A stretch of DNA of 64,000 bases from Octopus sinensis (taxonomy: Eukaryota). Positions within the stretch are counted from its first letter, which is position 1; every line of letters begins with the position of its first letter. The notes under the pieces are model-generated. The model did no database searches. It was not told where the DNA came from and saw only the letters and a program-made list of their open reading frames with translations. Of the stretch, positions 52,309-64,000 are shown piece after piece. Location of the stretch: assembly GCF_006345805.1 (NCBI RefSeq), contig NC_042998.1, positions 14,570,001-14,634,000 of the forward strand, read 5' to 3'. Both the position numbers and the translations under genes were made by a program.

Positions 52309-52939
52309 GTCTCCTGTTTGCGAATAACTTCGTCCATTCATTTCACCAATCCCGAAGGCCTTTAAAAGGAAAAAAAAATCTTAGGCGCAGCCACACGGCA
52401 TCTGACTATGTATGCTATTGGAAATAAACAGCGTAAACATCAATTTAATCATCGTCATCGTTGCTGTCATCTTCTCAGCTGTCATCGCTTTCCGCTGTCT
52501 TCGATGTAACAATCACCATCGCGTTGTAGCTATCACCAGCGTCATCGCTGTGTCTTCGTAGTTGTCATCGCCATCTCTACCATCATCACTACCACTACGA
52601 CACTGCTATCAACATCATCATCATCATCATCATCATAATCGTCGTCGTTGTCGTCAGCATCATCGATATTATCACCAACAACAATACCACTGCAAACATC
52701 ATCATCATCATCATCGTCGTCGTCGTCGTCATCGTCATCACCACCACCACCACCACCACCACCACCACCACCACCATCATCATCCTCATCATCGTCATCA
52801 ACTTCACCACCACCATCACTATCATCATCACTACCACTACCATTATCACCATCACCACCACCACTACCATTATCATCATCATCATCGTCATCACCACCAC
52901 CACTGCCATCATCATCGTCATCATCGTCTTCATCATCAC

Positions 52940-52973
<34 letters not shown>

Positions 52974-53366
52974 TCATCGCCATCATCGTCATCATCATCA
53001 TCACCACCACCACTGCCATCGTCATCATCATCATCGTCGTCGTCGTCATCATCATCATCATCATCATCACTAACACCATTATCATAACCATCGTCATCGC
53101 CACCACCACTACCACTACCATCATCATCATTATCGTCGCCATCATCTTCACCATCACCATCACCACCACCGCTATCATCACCATCATCACCGTTGCAGTT
53201 TATTCTTGCTGTCACCATTATATCCTAGTTGCATCCATATATTTTTTCTATTACATTTCCTTTCACTTTATCTCGCATCCTTTCTGTTTCGTTTCTATTA
53301 TTCGTTAATAGAAATCCGCACGTATGTTTATGTATACGAACATGTATGTATACACATGTACATTAA

Positions 53367-53399
<33 letters not shown>

Positions 53400-53468
53400 G
53401 TAGGTCCCGGGTTGATTCGGGGTTAACCACAGTAAATAAGGTACTCAATACATAGCAGAGTAAAATTA

Positions 53469-53554
53469 ATTTATTATATAGAAGGAGCTTCTACAGGACT
53501 AGAACTGTTTTCAATGAAACAGTTCTAGTCCTGTAGAAGCTCCTTCTATATAAT

Positions 53555-53558
<4 letters not shown>
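53469..53558. repeat. Perfect 42-bp-arm hairpin palindrome
   Basis: atttattatatagaaggagcttctacaggactagaactgttt, loop tcaatg, then the exact reverse complement. Confidence 0.95.
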
Positions 53559-53590
<32 letters not shown>

Positions 53591-54090
53591 CATATATATA
53601 TACATATATATATATATATATGTTAAGGTATGTGGAAAAATACAACATGGACAAGAACGTATAACTCTTAGAAGACGATACAATAAACATGGACAGGACA
53701 TTCGAACCCCTCAGTCTTCAGTCAAGAACCGGATCATCGTAGTAATTTCGGCTGATAATCTTGAGATTACTAGATCACGGCCAGCCCTCCAAGAAAAACT
53801 AAGCAACGAGCATTAGAAAAACTAAGCTGGAAGCGTAGATTTCCTGGAAGAAGGATCGAATGCATACGAACACCAGGACAGCAAAAGGGACAGATATAAA
53901 AAAAAACAAAAAAACAATAATGGAATACAGAAACATGAAATACAGAAGCATTAACGGTGAAAACAACAAGTGTCTTACGACTGATAACAAGCAAACAAAT
54001 TTTTTCTCTGGCGCATTGGAAAAAGCCTTTATAGCGGCGGACGAAAAACAACGATGTTAACACGATATATATATATAAACATGTTTATTA

Positions 54091-54121
<31 letters not shown>

Positions 54122-54134
54122 AACATGTTTATTA

Positions 54135-54284
<150 letters not shown>

Positions 54285-54555
54285 TGGTTTGCATGTGAGT
54301 GTCCATGTATGCCTTTATATTATGCGTGACTTTGTGTGTTTCGCGTATGGGCATGCTCCCCCCCATATATATTTATGCAGGAATGCATGCACGTATGTAT
54401 GTTTATGTGTTTACATACGTAAATGTGCCAAGATGTTATATATGCATACATGTATCTGAATGTATACTGTATATACGTTTGTGTGTGTGCATGTACGTTT
54501 ATGTATGTGTACATGTATACATGGATGCATGTAAATATGCATACACCTACATGCG

Positions 54556-54590
<35 letters not shown>

Positions 54591-55296
54591 ATGTATGTAT
54601 GCATGTATGCACATATATATATATATGAACATATGTATTATATACATGTATACTTATATATGTGTATATATATATACATACACACACACACATATATATA
54701 TATATAAATATATGTATTATATACATGTATACTTATATATGTGTATATATATATATATACATACTTACACACACACACACGCACACACACATATATATAT
54801 ATATACAAACGCGCGCGCAGACATATATACATACATGTATACACAGAAATACACATATGAATATAAGTATAAACGTGTATACCTACGTAGGCTTTTATAT
54901 ATGTGTTGTATGAGTCTAAGTGTGTGTATTAGTATGTAAGTATATGCATGCGAGCACGGTATGTTTAGTTCCAAGATGGCTGCTGCTACCTACAAGATGA
55001 TCCATTGTTCAGACTAAGTGACTTTAAACGCCATTAAAATGACTGCCACCTGACTATGCTTCTTTTCAACTACGGCGAGCATCCATTAAGTCTTGGAAAG
55101 CAAGCTATTTTATCAGGATGGTTTTGTTATGAATAAGTGATGTTTTCCTTTCGTGCTTTTGTTTCCTACCCATGGGAGGAAAGAATGAACGACAGAAAGA
55201 AGGAAAGAAAAATTGAAATAATGAATGAAAGGAATGAAATAAAGCAGAAAGAAGGTGGGAGATTGTACGAAGAGGTGAGAGAGAAAGTGAGAGCGA

Positions 55297-55329
<33 letters not shown>

Positions 55330-55588
55330 TGTGTGCAGGGGTGGAAATAAAAGGAAGAAGGAGAAGGAATGACTGAACGAGAAAGAGAAAGAGAAAGAAG
55401 CTGTAGGAGAGTGTGAGAGAAAAGGAGAGAGAGAGAAAGAGAGAGAGAGCGAGGGAGAATAAGTAACGATAGAAAAGCAAAACGAGAAAGAGAGGAAATG
55501 TGGGTGAGAGTGAGAGGGGTTGCGAATGTCAAAGACAGATATGGAGAGGAGTTTTACAGTGACTATTCCTGTGAAGCATGTACGTACG

Positions 55589-55622
<34 letters not shown>

Positions 55623-55631
55623 CATATATAT

Positions 55632-55674
<43 letters not shown>

Positions 55675-56582
55675 TACATATATACATACATATATATATA
55701 TATATATACATAAATACTTACATATATGTGTATATATATATATATATATATAAATATATATATATACGTACATACATGCATATCGACATACATTCATGCG
55801 TACTTGCATGCATATGTACATATGTACATGCATACAAATATACATTCATATATACATGCACACACACATGTGCGTACATAGATGCATGCATACATGAATA
55901 CAGACAAACATACATGTATACATACTCACGCATACATGCATGCATAAAAGTATTTATCCATACATATATGCATACATATATGCATACACACACATACATT
56001 CATACTTGCATATACGAATGTATCTATATATATATATATATATACATACATACATACATACATACATACATGCATACATACATATAAGCATACATACACA
56101 CATACACACAAACACACACAAGAATACGTACATACATGCATGCATACATGCATACACGAATGTATTTATACATACATATATGCATTCATACACACATACA
56201 TATAAGCATACATACACACATACACGTATACACACAAACACAAGCGTACATACATACATGCATGCATACGCAATCTCTAACATAGGCGTCAGATTAGTAT
56301 GTCTGGTCTCTCGTTTCTCGAATTCTCATTCTATCTCATTTCATCCTGTCCCAGAGGAATGGCCGCCGCTGACCGGATTGACATAGGAAGTGTTAGTGTT
56401 GCTTCCTTTTCATCCTCGGCTTCTTATCAACATCCAAACGTAGAACGAGGAAGAAGAAACAGGAAAGAAAACAGGTGTCGGTGGTGGTGGTGGTAGTGGT
56501 GGTGGTGGTGGTGGTGGTGGTGGTGGTGGTGGTGGTGGTGGTGGCTGCAGCGGCGATGGTGGATGGAAGCGGTGGTGGTGGT

Positions 56583-56627
<45 letters not shown>

Positions 56628-56949
56628 GGTGGTGGTTGTGTAGGTGGTGGTGGTGGTGATGATAACGCTGGAGATAGCGATGGCAGTTGAGATGTCATTA
56701 TCGCCTTCTGCTTAAGGTTTTGTCCTTTTAAGCTTTTGTGCATGTATGTATGTATTCAATATGTACGCTATTACGCTGTGTATTGTTTCGTTATCACACA
56801 AATCATTTACATCACTGTACTAAACTCCTAAAAGGGTTTCTAACATGGCACACGACCTGCTAGAAATAGAAGCCAGATATGTATCTCTTCAACTCTAGCG
56901 TATTGATTTTCGATCGAGGTTCATATGACTTTTGTGGGGTGGTGGGGGT

Positions 56950-57380
56950 TCTCTTTTACTCTCTTTTACTCTTTTACTTGTTTCAATCATTTGACTGTGG
57001 CCGTGCTGGAGCACCGTCTTTAGTCGAGTAAACCGACCCCAGGATTTATTCTTTGTAAGCCTAGTGTTTATTCTATCGGTCTCGTTTGCAGAACCACTAA
57101 GTTACGGGGACGTAAACACACCACCATCGGTCATATGCCTGATTAGTGACTGTTGGGGGGGGGGAACACAGACACACACACACACACACACACTCACATA
57201 TATGAATTACACAAATATATACGACGGGCTTCTTTCAGTTTCCGTCTACCAAATCCACTCACAAGGCTTTAGTCGGCCCGAGGCTATAGTAGAAGACACT
57301 TTCGCAAGATGCCACGCAGTGGGACTGAACCCGGAACCATGTGGTTGGTAAGCAAGCTGCTCACCACACAGCCACTCCTA
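56950..57380 (-). mobile_element. Full-length group C SINE
   Basis: Reverse complement of the 49420 organisation. Confidence 0.9.
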
Positions 57381-57769
57381 CAGTAAGTCTGAGAAAGCAT
57401 CTTGGATGATTACGACTGGAGTGAATGCCTTTAATCATATGCCTGATTAATGACTGTTGACATAAGAATAACCAACATCATCAACATCAGCAACAGCAGC
57501 AACAACATAATTACGAAGCGATGCATTTACATTGAAATTCTGCCAGGCAAAATTATACGTGGCAGCATGGTAAGAACATTATTTCCCAATCACATGGTTC
57601 TGGGTTCGATCTCACTTTAGGGTACTTTGGGGCAAGTGCCTCCCACTTTAGTTACGGGCCTACCAAAGCCTTGCAAATGACTTTGGTAGACAGAAACTGT
57701 AAGAAACCGACTGGGTTTAAAAGTACCAAGGTTTAAAACAAAGCAGTAAGTACCGGTGCAGTTCTTTAT

Positions 57770-58024
57770 TTAAGAGATGAGGAATTATGTACATTATTTA
57801 CATTATTTACATTATTTACATTCGGCGGATATTTGTCCTCATCTTCTTTGTTGTTAACATAACGTTTCCACTTCGCCATATGCCCATTACGTCAAATGCC
57901 TGTGGGCGTATGGTATAGTGGTTAAGAGCGCGGCTGCTAACCCAAGATTCCGAGTCCGATTCCAAGCCATGGACCTGAACAATAACAAATAATCATAATA
58001 ATATAATAATAATAATAATAAATA

Positions 58025-58063
<39 letters not shown>

Positions 58064-58072
58064 TAATAATAA

Positions 58073-58103
<31 letters not shown>

Positions 58104-58237
58104 AACAACAACACACAACAACAATAATAATAATGATACACAACAACAAAATAGATAATAAAAATAATAATATAAGCAATAATAATAATATAACAACAAC
58201 AATAATAAAAATAATAATAATAATAATAATAATCATA

Positions 58238-58272
<35 letters not shown>
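57770..58272. mobile_element. Rearranged copy of the tRNA-head/hammerhead unit (tail on minus, head plus (AAT)n on plus)
   Basis: The tail at 57770-57868 ends at GAAACGTT. An 11-nt minus-strand head remnant gccatatgccc follows. A plus-strand head gggcgtatggtatagtggttaagagcgcggctgctaacccaagattccgagtccgattcc starts at 57904. Confidence 0.75.
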
Positions 58273-58273
<1 letters not shown>

Positions 58274-58275
58274 CA

Positions 58276-61200
58276 ATTCTTTTTTATTGGCCACAAGGGC
58301 TGACACGCATGATTACATAAAGGGACAAGACAGACGAAAGGTTACAAAGGGTTTTGCCGTTTTTTTTTAAAAACATCGAGTAAAAATCTTTATAACAACT
58401 TTATAAATTCAACAATGAAAACTCCCAAAAGGGGAACGTCTCGAAAGGTTTCCTGGTGGAAAAAACCCTACAAAAGCCAACGGGAGCCTGGTCAAAAAAA
58501 GGGGTGTAGAGAGTCCCCTTTCTTCTCCTGTTACATTACCGTTTTCTTTGAAATCACAGGCGAAACCTGAGACTGGTCCATTTATACAGGCCAGTCTCGC
58601 ACAATTCACCCTTTCATAAAACTTGCTATCGGACAGCACTTTCCTCTCTAACCTCATCTTCCTTTTCAAGTGAAACTTGAAAAAGTTGATGAGGCCTTGA
58701 CCAAAGAGGAAAGTGTCTGACTTTAGCCCTTTCAAACGAGTCCACCACACGACTTCTTTCGCCACACCCACAAGGCCCAAGAAAACGGCCTCGCCCTCCT
58801 TGTTAAAGGAGGTCGGCGGGCAATCTTCACTATGGATTCGGCCGATAGTCGGATCCGTCCTACACGTGACAGTAGCTTTCGACATAACCCATATTCAGCA
58901 ATACTCGGGCACTGGACGAGTGCGTGCAGAACGGTTTCGTCGTCCTGGCAACACCTCGGGCGGCCCGGCTGACGGCACTTCCGTGCCGGTAGAGTTTATC
59001 TCGAACAGGCAGAGCCCCTCGTAGCACTGCCAGGCGAGAGACCTCTGGAAATTATCCATCGGCCCCGGCCCGAAAGTCCTCCCGAACAGACCGCTCAGTT
59101 CGTCGTCTTCAACGCCTAGAGTTTCCCCGAGAACGTCGTCGCAATTTTTCCTCCACTAACCCTCTATAAACGCTAGAGTGGAGCTGTAAACGACCGCATT
59201 GCCCGCCTAGTGGAGGGCGGAGAGGGCTTGACGGCACTCGAGTTGCCAAGCGCCCTTTCTCTCGGTCTACGTTTGATCCAGGTCTGCAGCTCCGTCAAAG
59301 AGACGAGCTGCGGAAAATCGCGTCTGACAAAAGACGACCACACCGTGTTCACCGTCTAGGAAGCGCTTGAGATGCCGCAGCCTGAGCGCATGTCTGCGCA
59401 ACAGCAACCACGGCATTCCAAGGCCTCCGTTCAGCGGTCGTTGACAGCGATGGATCGCCTGACCAGTGGCACACCTGACCCTTCCACAAAAAGTCGAAGA
59501 GCAGGCGTACCAGCTTGGCCAACCAGCGGTCGGACAAGGGACGACGGTCAAGCGGTAATAGATGACGGATGTGATGTACGCATTCGCCACCACATCCGCT
59601 CCGACCTTTCGGGACAGCTTCCTCTCGGCCCATTTCTGGGTGAGACGTGCCACCGACTCTCTCGTCACCTCTTCCCAGTTCTTATCCACCTGGAGGTCCG
59701 GACCGAACCAGACCCCGAGCAGTTTAACGGGTCCGTCTGTCCAGCGCCCTACGACGCTGTGGACGGCATGGGCTTGCCTCTCTCCAGGTGCCCAGTTGCA
59801 AGCCCACAGACTTTTCCGCGTTAATCTTTGCCCCTGTCCCCTCGTCACCGCTTCGTACTGGTTTAGCGTCTCGCCAATCAGGCCAATGTGCCTGTGGCTC
59901 GACACCACCACGGAGACTCGTCGGCATAAGCAGACACGCTGTTTTCCGCCGCCTAGATCGCGCGGGATGCCCCTCAAAGCCTCCAACTTGCGCAGTAATG
60001 GCTCGAGAGTCAAAATGTACAAGAGGAGGAGAGAGGGCATCCTTGGCGGACCGAACGCGAGATGTCGAACGGTTCCGAAAGGTGACCGTTCACCCGTATC
60101 ACCGAGCAATGTTGCTGTATAAAGCAGCGATCCACCCGCGGAAGACGGACCGAAGCCGGCTGCCTTGAGGACAGCTGCCAGGTACCGACCGATGGTCGAC
60201 CCTATCGAAGGCTTTACTCTGATCCATGTTGATCAAAAGCCCACCCGCGCCACGTCGTACCCCCCCTCTCATGATGTAGCGCATGAGATGGAGGTTGTCG
60301 TGTATCGACCTGGGCACGCACGGCGCATGTCTGCGTCCCGCCGACCAGCTTGTCCACGACAAGCGCACATCTCTTGGCTAGCACCTTGGCCAAAATCTTC
60401 AACTCTGCATTGAGCAGAGTGATGGGCCGGAAATTCCCTATAACGTCCCCCTTGTTTGGGTCCTTCTTTAGCAAAGCCACCACCCCTCGACAGACAAAAG
60501 CAGGAATACTCCCGTTTTGCTGCCATTTGCAGTAGACGTTTGCCAACAGGTCCGCAAACAAGTCTGGCATTGAAAAGTAAAGCTCGTAGGGCAGACCATC
60601 TAAACCCGGCGATCTACCTCTCGTGCAACTCTCATCGCTTCCTGTACTTCCCAGGCAGATATCGGTCCTTCGCAGCACTCTGCCTCGCTGTCCGAGAGTT
60701 GCGGCAGTCCGTCCAGGTACACACCGAAGTCTGTACCGTTGGTGTCCGTTCCACCGCTCGTCCCAAACAGTTGAGCAAAGTGCCGCTGAAGCTTCGGTTG
60801 GGTAACCTCGCCTCGCGCCCGTTCTGGTCCACCAAAAACCGAATGGTTGCTCTGTTGCCTCCTCGCCGCCGCCACGCGCGGCCCATCGAGCGGCTCTAGT
60901 CCCCTCCCCGCTTAGCGAACGTGCCTTAGCTCTGACAACGCAGCCTTCGTGTTTGCGTCGAAGTGTTGTCGAGAGCCAACCTTGCCGCCAACACGTCGTC
61001 GCGATGCCAGTGTCAAGAGCCTCGTCTAGTTTCTTAACTAAATCCCGCTCTCTCTTCCTACGTTCAATAGCTAGAGTCTTACTATACCTAATCGACTCTA
61101 CTCTAATTGCTCTCTTGAGGGCAAACCACCAGTTGTTGTTGATGATTGCCCCCGTGAGCGCCCGCTTAACTAGTAACTAATCCGGTCTCTGTAAGCTTTG

Positions 61201-64000
61201 CACGCCGTTAACGACGCGTTCAGCTTCCAGTAGCCGGGTCCCTATCTATTAGCCTATCTAAGTCGACCGTACAGATCACTAATTTGTGGTCCGTATATTC
61301 GACTAGGTGAATTGTGGACACCCTACGCTGTCCTTATCCGCTGGCCTACAAAACACTCTATCTAAGTACGATCTAGACACCCGATGCGGTTTGTCCAGTC
61401 CACATTGGCACATTCGGGTTGTCTAGTCGAACCTGTCGGACAGCTGAAAGCGGCCGAGTAGGTTGGCGAGGCTCTTGCACCCTCCCCCTCTCCTATCAGA
61501 CCGCCTCCCATGCCCCCCGATCGAAACGTTCGTCTAAGACAGCGCTCCAATCCCCAACTAGTACTAGAGTGCGTGACGTTCCCAGGAAAACTTCCAGACG
61601 TTTGAAATAATCCGACTGCCCTGCTCCTGTCGGAGCGTAGCAGCCCAGTCTGAAAGCACCGCCGTCACTACCGTCGACGTCGAGGACCACCAACTTACCT
61701 TCCGGATCCAAGAAGACTGTCCTTATTTTCAGGTCCAGGCCCTTCCGAAACAACACCGCAGTAACACCACCACCAACCGCCCGCTCACCCCGGCCGACAC
61801 GGAGATAGAAATATCTCGTATCCGCCGAAAAGGGCTGTGAGTTCCTGCGGGTGGGAGAGCCTGGTTTCACTGATGGCTGCTACATCCACATCATGAAACC
61901 TCAGGTCGTTTAACAGGTGACCCTTGTTTCCAAGGTGACCCGAGCCTCTCACATTCAAACAACCGATTCTAAGATTTGCCATGTTTCACAAAAGTTAGTG
62001 GAAAAAAAGGAGAAAAAGGCTCTACTTACTGTTGTTGGTGGGTGGGGGGTGGCTCCCTTGTGCTTTTGCACGGGTGCTTCAATAATTTTTTGTAAAGTTT
62101 CTGAGAGAAACTTTTCCCTAACGATCCCAACGTTAGGGAATATTTGTTTTATTTCGTTGTAAACTTTTTGTTTATTTTTATTTGTGAGATGTGTGCTGGT
62201 GGTGTGGTTGTGTGTAGTATTATGAAATCTGTAATGTTTGTGCTTGTTTTGTTTTTCAATACTCAACCAGTTCCTGGTTTCTTGTATTCACTGCTGTAAA
62301 CGTGTCTGTAATTCTGTCTGTGTTTGTTTGTGTCTGTGGTAGTGGCAGTAGTGGTGTCGAAAGTGTTTTTGTTTGTTGTTTGTTGTTGTTAGTGTGTGTT
62401 GTTGTTGATGTTGGGAAGTACTGTTTGTTCGTGTTCCCTGTAAATCTTTTTGTTTTTTCCTCCTTTTCTTTTTTGGAGGCACTATGTTCCATTCTCCTTT
62501 GTTGAATCAGAGCTCGCACAATCCGAGATCTCTTCATCCGGCAAAGGAATGGTTGAGGGGTCCTTCAGTAGCAGGACGAAAAGTTTTTGGTTCCGCCGGT
62601 ATCGGTGGTGGCCGCTGCTCCTGTTACTGTTGATGTCGCTGCTGTCGACCTTCGAGGTACTGGTGTCGGTGTTGGTTTGGTGGTGGTTGTCGGTGTTGGT
62701 TTGGTGGTGGTTGTTGTTGTTGGAGGTGGTGTTGGTCGTCTTGTGCTGGTGTTGGTGATGGTGTTGGTGGTGTGGCAGCCTTTGCTGTTCTCTTGCTGTT
62801 TTTGTTGTTTCTGTTGTTGTTGGCTTGTGTTGTTGTTGTTTGTTGTTGTTGTGGTTTGTTGCTGCTGCCTCTTGCTGAAAGCCTCCATCCTCTTTTTGTG
62901 AATGGGACAGTCCCTCTTTAAGTGGCTTTCGCTGCTGCAGAGAAAACATTTTGGCTTTCGCCCCTCCACAGCAACGTTTTAGCCTGGTGGCCGTCCGGCA
63001 AACTTACGAAATCAGGGACTTTACTTATATTGTCTTGCTGAATTTGCGCAAGAAGCAGCACTCCCATCCCCAACCAGTTTTTTCGCCCTCACTCTCTCCT
63101 GACATCTAGATGGTGGTAGTGTCCTCTATATCATAGAGGACAGCTGCCACCAGCCATGACATATCTAGCTCAGGGGGTGCGAGGTCGATTTTTATTTTTG
63201 TTACTCTTCGCCCGAGGTGGGTCGGAATAGTAACAAATTCTCAGTTTGCAAGGGCGAAATGGCGTTTCGCCCTTGCAAGCTCCTCTGTTGGGAAGCGAAC
63301 TTCCACGGTTCCAAACGCTTCCCCTTGGTTACGTAGCTCTTTTTGGCCCAAATGGGCTTTAGAGCTATCTCCAACTGTTGGGGTGTGGCATTTGTTATTC
63401 TTTTTAGTTTTCTGTCGAAAACTTTGTAATTATTGTTTTCTTGTTGGTGCTTCAATCACCTCTTGTGGAGTATTGAGGAAGATACCATTGCCATCCTTCC
63501 TAACAACTCCTTCGCGCTTTTCACATCTTCTAGAGTTATCTTAACTTCCTCCGAAATTTGGTTCGCAGCAGAAGCAAAATTGTTGGAAGTTTTTTTCTTT
63601 TTTCTCCGTGTCAATGTTTGTGATGATTTTGTAATTGTTTTTTTCTTCCTCCTCCTTCCGTACCAAGCATTGGGTGAAGGCAGAGGGGGAAAATCGAGAA
63701 TTACGTCGAACGCGACGTCCTGGCTTGCATTCTCCTTTTGAACGGAGCTCGTGCTCTGCGGTTCGGAAGGAGAATCTTTGTTGCCTTTTAAGGCGTGAAG
63801 TGGGTGTTTTGTACGAGTTGTGTGTGTTTGCGGAGGGAATGTAACTTGAAGGAAGGAACAGCCAACTGTTCGCTTCATAGCCATGTTTTTTTGTTGTAAT
63901 ATTCAAAATGTTGAAAAATGTCAAATGTTCAAAATTTTAAAACGTAATTTCACCCCGAATGGGGCAAAATTTCGTCCAACCGACGAGCTCCGCAAGAAGC
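58276..64000 (-). mobile_element. Near-full-length, frameshifted L1/Tx1-clade LINE (ORF1 with CCHC knuckle; ORF2 APE-RT-zinc finger)
   Basis: ORF1 has KPKCFLCSSESHLKRDCP (CX2CX4HX4C, ~62907-62948). ORF2 starts MANLRIGCLNVRG...AISETR at 61982. RT motifs are SPGLDGLPYELY, FRPITLLNAELKILAKVLAKR, DQSKAFDRVDH and LYILTLEPLL. A C-terminal CPRC..ET..H...C-like motif lies near 58930. The domains are split across many frames. Confidence 0.9.

Noticed and set aside
59267-60899. Several GC-rich plus-strand ORFs of 120-190 aa
   Set aside because: They are antisense shadows of the minus-strand LINE ORF2.

Overview
This is an AT-rich, repeat-saturated animal genomic window. The SINE families, microsatellite load and LINE types suggest a cephalopod such as octopus (inference). 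I found no intact host gene or convincing exon. The window holds microsatellites, three abundant tRNA-derived SINE groups often in tandem arrays, and a near-full-length but frameshifted L1/Tx1-type LINE (58276-64000, minus). It also holds fragments of Dong/R4, CR1, RTE and Penelope-like retroelements, deleted mariner/Tc1 elements, a Tigger-like MITE, three non-autonomous Helitrons and a lone canonical histone H3 copy lacking its start codon. Three signals stand out. (1) Minimal hammerhead-ribozyme motifs occur in several repeat families. One sits in a unit of tRNA-like Pol III head + microsatellite + hammerhead + tail directly behind a Penelope GIY-YIG ORF. (2) The most abundant SINE shares its 3' tail and a small covarying hairpin with the Tx1/L1 LINE 3' end. 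(3) There are several fold-back repeats, two with hammerhead remnants in the spacer. All calls were made by eye, with no database searches or folding programs.
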